Source: Pseudomonadota bacterium (GTDB lineage Bacteria; Bdellovibrionota_B; Oligoflexia; Oligoflexales; RGVZ01). Taken from it: a stretch of 12,104 bases of DNA. A program made the position numbers and the translations under genes. Under the pieces are notes generated by a model. It was not told the DNA's origin. It was given only the letters and a program-made list of their open reading frames with translations, and made no database searches. Below, one piece after another: positions 8,014 through 12,104 of this stretch. Every line of letters begins with the position of its first letter. The first letter of the stretch is position 1. The stretch covers positions 1 to 12,104 of the forward strand of contig JBEGVZ010000024.1 in NCBI GenBank assembly GCA_041178085.1, given 5' to 3'.

Positions 8014-8537
8014 CTTGGACGTACCTCCCCGGGGAACAAGCGTGATATCAGCCGCAGTGTTGCGTCGCGCGCCGCTGTCGCTTCTGTTGGTGTGGCAGGG
8101 GCGCCAGCGAACTTGATTCCTTCCGAACGCTCCAAAAGCGTCATGGCCGCGGACACTTCATCGCGGGGCAAGGGCAATTTTTTTTGCAGCGGTTCCCGCA
8201 GTTCGCGCAGCGTCAAGGAAGTCGCGCCAATCCCCGTACGCCATTCAATTGCCGTGCGAAATGCGATCCCAAGCTCGAAATAAAAATCCTCGCGCGCGCG
8301 GGCGTCAAACGGATCGGCTACCTGCAGGGCCCGCACCCGGTCTGCAAGCACGCTAACACGGCCGGGGCCGGTGGGTTGTGGTGTGACTTGAAGTGGTTGC
8401 GGACGAGCGCGCCACCGGCGCCAGAGCGCCCATGCGACGGCTAATACGGCCACGACAACAGCGGCCCAAATAGCGACTTGAAACCAGTCGATTCCGAGTT
8501 CAAAGCGGGGCTTCAGCCCATGCGGAGGCGTATTCAT
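8010..8537 (-). CDS. Single-TM helical protein of MoxR/Bat operons (DUF4381-like)
   Basis: N-terminal TM followed by WRRWRAR, then FYFELGIAFR..TL.EL and LLERSEGIKFA. It has 4-nt overlaps with both neighbours and occupies the usual slot between DUF58 and batA. Confidence 0.8.
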   Translation of the reverse strand: MNTPPHGLKPRFELGIDWFQVAIWAAVVVAVLAVAWALWRRWRARPQPLQVTPQPTGPGRVSVLADRVRALQVADPFDARAREDFYFELGIAFRTAIEWRTGIGATSLTLRELREPLQKKLPLPRDEVSAAMTLLERSEGIKFAGAPATPTEATAARDATLRLISRLFPGEVRPR

Positions 8538-9436
8538 GACTGCGCTCCCCGCAAAAATGCTGCCAGGGGATCCACCGTGTCGGCTGAAGTGGCGGCATCA
8601 AAGGATTTGGCGCCGCTCCTTCGTACCCAAGCGAAAAACTGCTCGTCGTGTGTCTGCCACCAGCGGTGAAAGTTGGTGCGGAACTCGTCATCGTCGGCGT
8701 CCACGACAACCGCCTGGCCAGACTCTGCGTCCGTCACCTCGACCAGGCCTGCGCCGCGTGGAACTTCACGTTCAAGGGGATCGCAAATGCGGATGGCCAC
8801 GACATCGTGCTGACGTGCCACCTGACCCAGCGTCGCCGGAAAACCACCAAGGAAATCAGACAGCACAAAAACCAGGGCGCGACGTTTCTGCACTTGATCG
8901 ACAAAACGCAATGCACCATCAAGCCCCGTCCCGCTGCCCTTTGATTTGTAGGTCAGCACTTCGCGGATCAAATTCCAAACGTGGCCCCGCCCCTTGCGCG
9001 GCGGGACAAATTCCTCGACTTCATCTGACGCCAACACGAGGCCGACGCGGTCCTGGCTGCGTGATGCAAGAAACGCCAATACAGCCGCCATCTCGGCGGC
9101 GACTTCCCGTTTCGGACGGTGAAAACCTTGAAATGCCTGCGACGCGCTCACGTCACAAACGATCAGGACGGTAAGTTCACGTTCCTCGCGCAGGATCTTG
9201 ATGTGCGGGACGTTCAAGCGAGCCGTGACGTTCCAGTCGATCAACCGCACGTCATCACCGGCGACGTATTCACGGACTTCGTCAAACTCCATCCCGCGGC
9301 CCTTGAAGACGCTGACGTACTGCCCCGCCATGACGTCGGTCACGGCACGGCCGGCCCGGAGCTCAAGCCTGCGAATCTGGCGCAGGACCTCCGGGCTCAA
9401 GCTGGCTTTTGGGCTGGCCTCAGGGAACTTCGACAT
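8534..9436 (-). CDS. DUF58 domain-containing protein
   Basis: Motifs GQYVSVFKGRGMEFDEVREYVAGDDVRLIDWNVTAR, EERELT, DVSAS, DRVGL, LSDF and HDVVAI..DPLE. The start is placed at ATG 9436 (17-nt overlap with moxR) rather than 9535. Confidence 0.93.
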   Translation of the reverse strand: MSKFPEASPKASLSPEVLRQIRRLELRAGRAVTDVMAGQYVSVFKGRGMEFDEVREYVAGDDVRLIDWNVTARLNVPHIKILREERELTVLIVCDVSASQAFQGFHRPKREVAAEMAAVLAFLASRSQDRVGLVLASDEVEEFVPPRKGRGHVWNLIREVLTYKSKGSGTGLDGALRFVDQVQKRRALVFVLSDFLGGFPATLGQVARQHDVVAIRICDPLEREVPRGAGLVEVTDAESGQAVVVDADDDEFRTNFHRWWQTHDEQFFAWVRRSGAKSFDAATSADTVDPLAAFLRGAQS

Positions 9437-10445
9437 GATCGAACACCTTGCGAACGATCTCGTCGGCGGAAACGTTATCGGCTTCGGCCTCATACGAACG
9501 AATGATCCGGTGGCGCAGGACCTCCAGGCCGACATCCTTGACGTCTTGCGGCGTCACATAGGAGCGTCCTTCCATGATGGCCTGGGCGCGGGCGGCTTTT
9601 TCAAGGCTGATCGATGCGCGGGGCGACGCACCGACTTGGATGAGGGGCTTCAGGTCCAAAAGTTTTGCCGATCCGGGATCGCGCGTTGCGATGACGACGT
9701 TGGCGATGTAACGGCGGATTTTTTCCGATACGTGGACTTTCCGGACGAGACCTTGCAAGCCAAGAATGTCCTGGGCCGAGAGGACCGCCGCGGGGCGGTG
9801 TTGATCTTCGGTCACGGCGCGGGACATGATTTCCATCTCGTCCTCCAGCGTTCCGTAACCCACGACGATCTTGAACAGGAAGCGGTCCAGCTGGGCTTCC
9901 GGCAACGGATACGTCCCCTCTTGTTCAATCGGGTTTTGCGTGGCCATGACCAGGAAGGGGGCCGCAAGTGGCTGGGTTTCACCGGCCAGGGTCACTTGAC
10001 GTTCTTGCATGGCTTCCAGCAAGGCAGACTGGACCTTGGCCGGGGCGCGGTTGATCTCGTCAGCTAAAATCAGGTTAGCAAATACGGGGCCGCGCTTGAC
10101 CGAAAAGCTGCCACTCCGCGGGTCGTAAACTTGTGTACCGACAACGTCCGATGGCAACAAGTCAGGCGTGAACTGGATGCGACGGAATTCCAGGCGTGCC
10201 ACTTCGCTGAGAGTTTTGATCGCAGTGGTTTTTGCCAGGCCCGGCAGCCCTTCAAGAAGGATGTGGCCATCGGCCATGAGGGCGATCAGCATCTTCTTTT
10301 GCAGATCACGCTGGCCGACGATGCGGCGCGACATTTCCTCGACGGTGCGATTAAGGATGGCGCCGGCGGCGGCAAAAGCCTGCTCCTGCGCGGGGGCGAA
10401 TTGAGATGTTTCGGGGGAGGTCCCCGGGGTCGTGGTCGTAGTCAT
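9420..10445 (-). CDS. moxR: MoxR family AAA+ ATPase
   Basis: Walker A HILLEGLPGLAKT, RIQFTPDLLPSD, Walker B LILADEINRAPAKVQSALLEAMQE, ATQNPIEQEGTYPLPEAQLDRF, GASPRA and VLRHRI. GGAGG lies upstream at 10463-10459. Confidence 0.97.
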   Translation of the reverse strand: MTTTTTPGTSPETSQFAPAQEQAFAAAGAILNRTVEEMSRRIVGQRDLQKKMLIALMADGHILLEGLPGLAKTTAIKTLSEVARLEFRRIQFTPDLLPSDVVGTQVYDPRSGSFSVKRGPVFANLILADEINRAPAKVQSALLEAMQERQVTLAGETQPLAAPFLVMATQNPIEQEGTYPLPEAQLDRFLFKIVVGYGTLEDEMEIMSRAVTEDQHRPAAVLSAQDILGLQGLVRKVHVSEKIRRYIANVVIATRDPGSAKLLDLKPLIQVGASPRASISLEKAARAQAIMEGRSYVTPQDVKDVGLEVLRHRIIRSYEAEADNVSADEIVRKVFDHVEVP

Positions 10446-10548
10446 GGTGTTCTGGATCCCTCCATGGCGAAGCTTTGCGGTCTTGCCGCTTGTCCGGGTC
10501 TCTCCGGAACCCTGATTCTAGGACAATTTCCCCCGATCAACCAAGGGG

Positions 10549-10577
10549 TTGCCGGGGGTGGACAGACGGGCTATAAC
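10549..10577 (+). promoter_or_regulatory. Sigma-70-type promoter for the tRNA
   Basis: TTGCCG (10549-10554), a 17-nt spacer and TATAAC (10572-10577), about 60 nt upstream of the tRNA. Confidence 0.55.
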
Positions 10578-10637
10578 TTTATTTTCCTCGGGGTGGCATG
10601 TGAGCCCCGGAATTGTCCGGAACCAGCCGGTTCTGAC

Positions 10638-10713
10638 GCGGACGTAGCTCAGTTGGTAGAGCGCTAGCTTCCCAAGCTGGAGGTCGCGGGTTCGAGACCC
10701 GTCGTCCGCTCCA
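10638..10713 (+). tRNA. tRNA-Gly (anticodon CCC)
   Basis: 76 nt. Acceptor stem GCGGACG/CGTCCGC, D-arm GCTC-AGTTGGTA-GAGC, anticodon arm CTAGC-TTCCCAA-GCTGG (CCC 10671-10673), T-arm GCGGG-TTCGAGA-CCCGT, discriminator U and encoded CCA. Confidence 0.98.
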
Positions 10714-10874
10714 TTTTGCCCTGACGCAATCGTTGCAAAAAAATTCACCACTGGGCCCTAATTTGAATTTTGAGCCCGTGTTTTCGACTAATCGAGAGTT
10801 TTGCCTGCCACACTTTGCGAAGCTCATTTAAAATCACAGACAATAGAATGCCGAGCCAATGCCCAAGAAAGTCT

Positions 10875-10903
10875 TTGCAATCGGATATTTACGGTGCTAA
10901 TGT
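10875..10903 (+). promoter_or_regulatory. Candidate sigma-70 promoter for the DUF4143 gene
   Basis: TTGCAA (10875-10880), a 17-nt spacer and TAATGT (10898-10903), preceded by TGC (extended -10). Confidence 0.4.
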
Positions 10904-10925
10904 AGAATTCAGACGTTTTTCAACA

Positions 10926-12095
10926 TTGGGTATTAAGATTTTACAAAGAACCCTTAACATACCGCAATTACTAAAAAAAAAGACGCACTTCTTGTTTGGC
11001 GCCAGGGGAACTGGCAAAAGCTTCTTGATCGAACATCAATTGGCAGGCCAGAGCGAAATTCTTAGCCTGCTCGATTCAGACTTGTACCTGAATCTTTCCA
11101 ATTCGCCGTCGCAGTTACGCGCACTTGTGGCCCAGTCGCCCCACTCCATCATCGTCATCGATGAAATTCAACGCATTCCAGAACTTCTGAACGAAGTCCA
11201 CTTGATCATCCAAAGCGACAAGGCGAAGAGGCTCAGGTTCCTACTGACTGGATCAAGCGCCAGGCGTCTTAAACGGGAACACGCGAACATGCTCGGAGGT
11301 CGCGCCCGCAAGGCATCCCTCCATCCGCTGACGATGTACGAACTAATCGCAGAAAATAGATTCGACCTTGATCGCTACCTTAACTTCGGCGGATTACCCG
11401 CGGTCTATCTTGGTCCTGAGCCATATCTGGATCTTCGTGATTACCTCGATACTTACTTGAATGATGAAATCAAAACAGAGGCCGCCGTTAGAAACTTGCC
11501 GGCTTTCAGCCGCTTCCTGAAAGTAGCGGGACTGTCCAATGGCCAACAGATCAACTATGCAAAGATGGCCAGTGACGCACAGGTCAAAGCCAATACGTTA
11601 CGTGAGCATTTTCAAATACTCGTTGATACATTGTTAGCGATTCAAATTGAGCCCTGGCAAGACGGAAAATCCCGTCGCCCGGTTGCAACATCCAAATTCT
11701 ATTTTAGCGATTGCGGCATCGCCAATGCGGCCGCGGGGATCAAAATTGTCCCACCCTTGACAGAACGTTGGGGGACTTGTTTTGAGCAAGCAATCGCTCT
11801 TGAGATAAACGCCTACCTTTCCTACTCCCAAAAAACTTCCAACCTCAATTACTGGCGAACTGAAACCGGAATCGAGGTTGATTTTATTTTGGAAGGACGC
11901 GTTGGAATTGAAGCAAAATCAGCTGGGCACACATCGAACCGTGACCACAAAAACCTGCTAAAACTCAAAGATGAGGGGTCGTTTGATCGACTGATCGTTG
12001 TCAACGCCTCACCAAGATCCATGGAGATCGATGGGGTATCTCATCTGAGCCTGACGGATTTTGTCAGGGCACTTTGGAGCGGGGAAATCATCTAA
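10926..12095 (+). CDS. ATP-binding protein, AAA_14 + DUF4143 (COG1373-type)
   Basis: Walker A FLFGARGTGKS, Walker B IVIDEIQRIPELL, LTGSSARRLK, LGGRA, GGLP, KFYFSDCG and FEQ, with a C-terminal YWRT..GIEVDF....GIEAKS. The start is uncertain: TTG 10926 is chosen because this family usually starts shortly before Walker A; alternatives are 10848 and 10770. Confidence 0.9.
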   Translation: MGIKILQRTLNIPQLLKKKTHFLFGARGTGKSFLIEHQLAGQSEILSLLDSDLYLNLSNSPSQLRALVAQSPHSIIVIDEIQRIPELLNEVHLIIQSDKAKRLRFLLTGSSARRLKREHANMLGGRARKASLHPLTMYELIAENRFDLDRYLNFGGLPAVYLGPEPYLDLRDYLDTYLNDEIKTEAAVRNLPAFSRFLKVAGLSNGQQINYAKMASDAQVKANTLREHFQILVDTLLAIQIEPWQDGKSRRPVATSKFYFSDCGIANAAAGIKIVPPLTERWGTCFEQAIALEINAYLSYSQKTSNLNYWRTETGIEVDFILEGRVGIEAKSAGHTSNRDHKNLLKLKDEGSFDRLIVVNASPRSMEIDGVSHLSLTDFVRALWSGEII

Positions 12096-12104
12096 GGCTC
12101 CGGT

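Noticed and set aside
9437..9535. DUF58 N-terminal extension from the ORF track
   Set aside because: It would overlap moxR by more than 100 nt, and family-like sequence begins after ATG 9436.
6035..10067. Long plus-strand ORFs (6035-7087, 6153-7142, 7453-8283, 8536-9174, 9198-10067)
   Set aside because: They are antisense to well-supported genes, which is expected from stop-codon scarcity in GC-rich coding DNA.
10515..10544. Minus-strand promoter for moxR (TTGGTT-N18-TAGAAT)
   Set aside because: The -10 is good but the -35 and spacing are weak, so it is too uncertain to list as a feature.
10518..10827. Small minus-strand ORFs across the tRNA
   Set aside because: They are spurious translations of the tRNA and intergenic DNA.
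10770..10925. N-terminal extension of the DUF4143 ORF
   Set aside because: It shows no family resemblance and contains a promoter-like element, so it is probably non-coding.

Overview
GC-rich bacterial window. The core is a minus-strand MoxR/Bat operon (10445->3284): MoxR AAA+ ATPase, DUF58, a single-TM helical protein, BatA (vWA), a BatB-BatC (vWA+TPR) fusion and BatD. It converges on a plus-strand two-gene unit made of a secreted hypothetical protein and a CPBP/Abi intramembrane protease. At the left, manual translation reveals a long minus-strand CDS missing from the ORF track (1288->beyond position 1). It is a putative lipoprotein with a Big_2-like domain and ~106-aa Cys-paired Ig-like repeats. 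At the right, tRNA-Gly(CCC) is transcribed divergently from moxR and is followed by a more AT-rich AAA_14/DUF4143-type ATPase gene. Family names come from motif recognition by eye; no database search was run.
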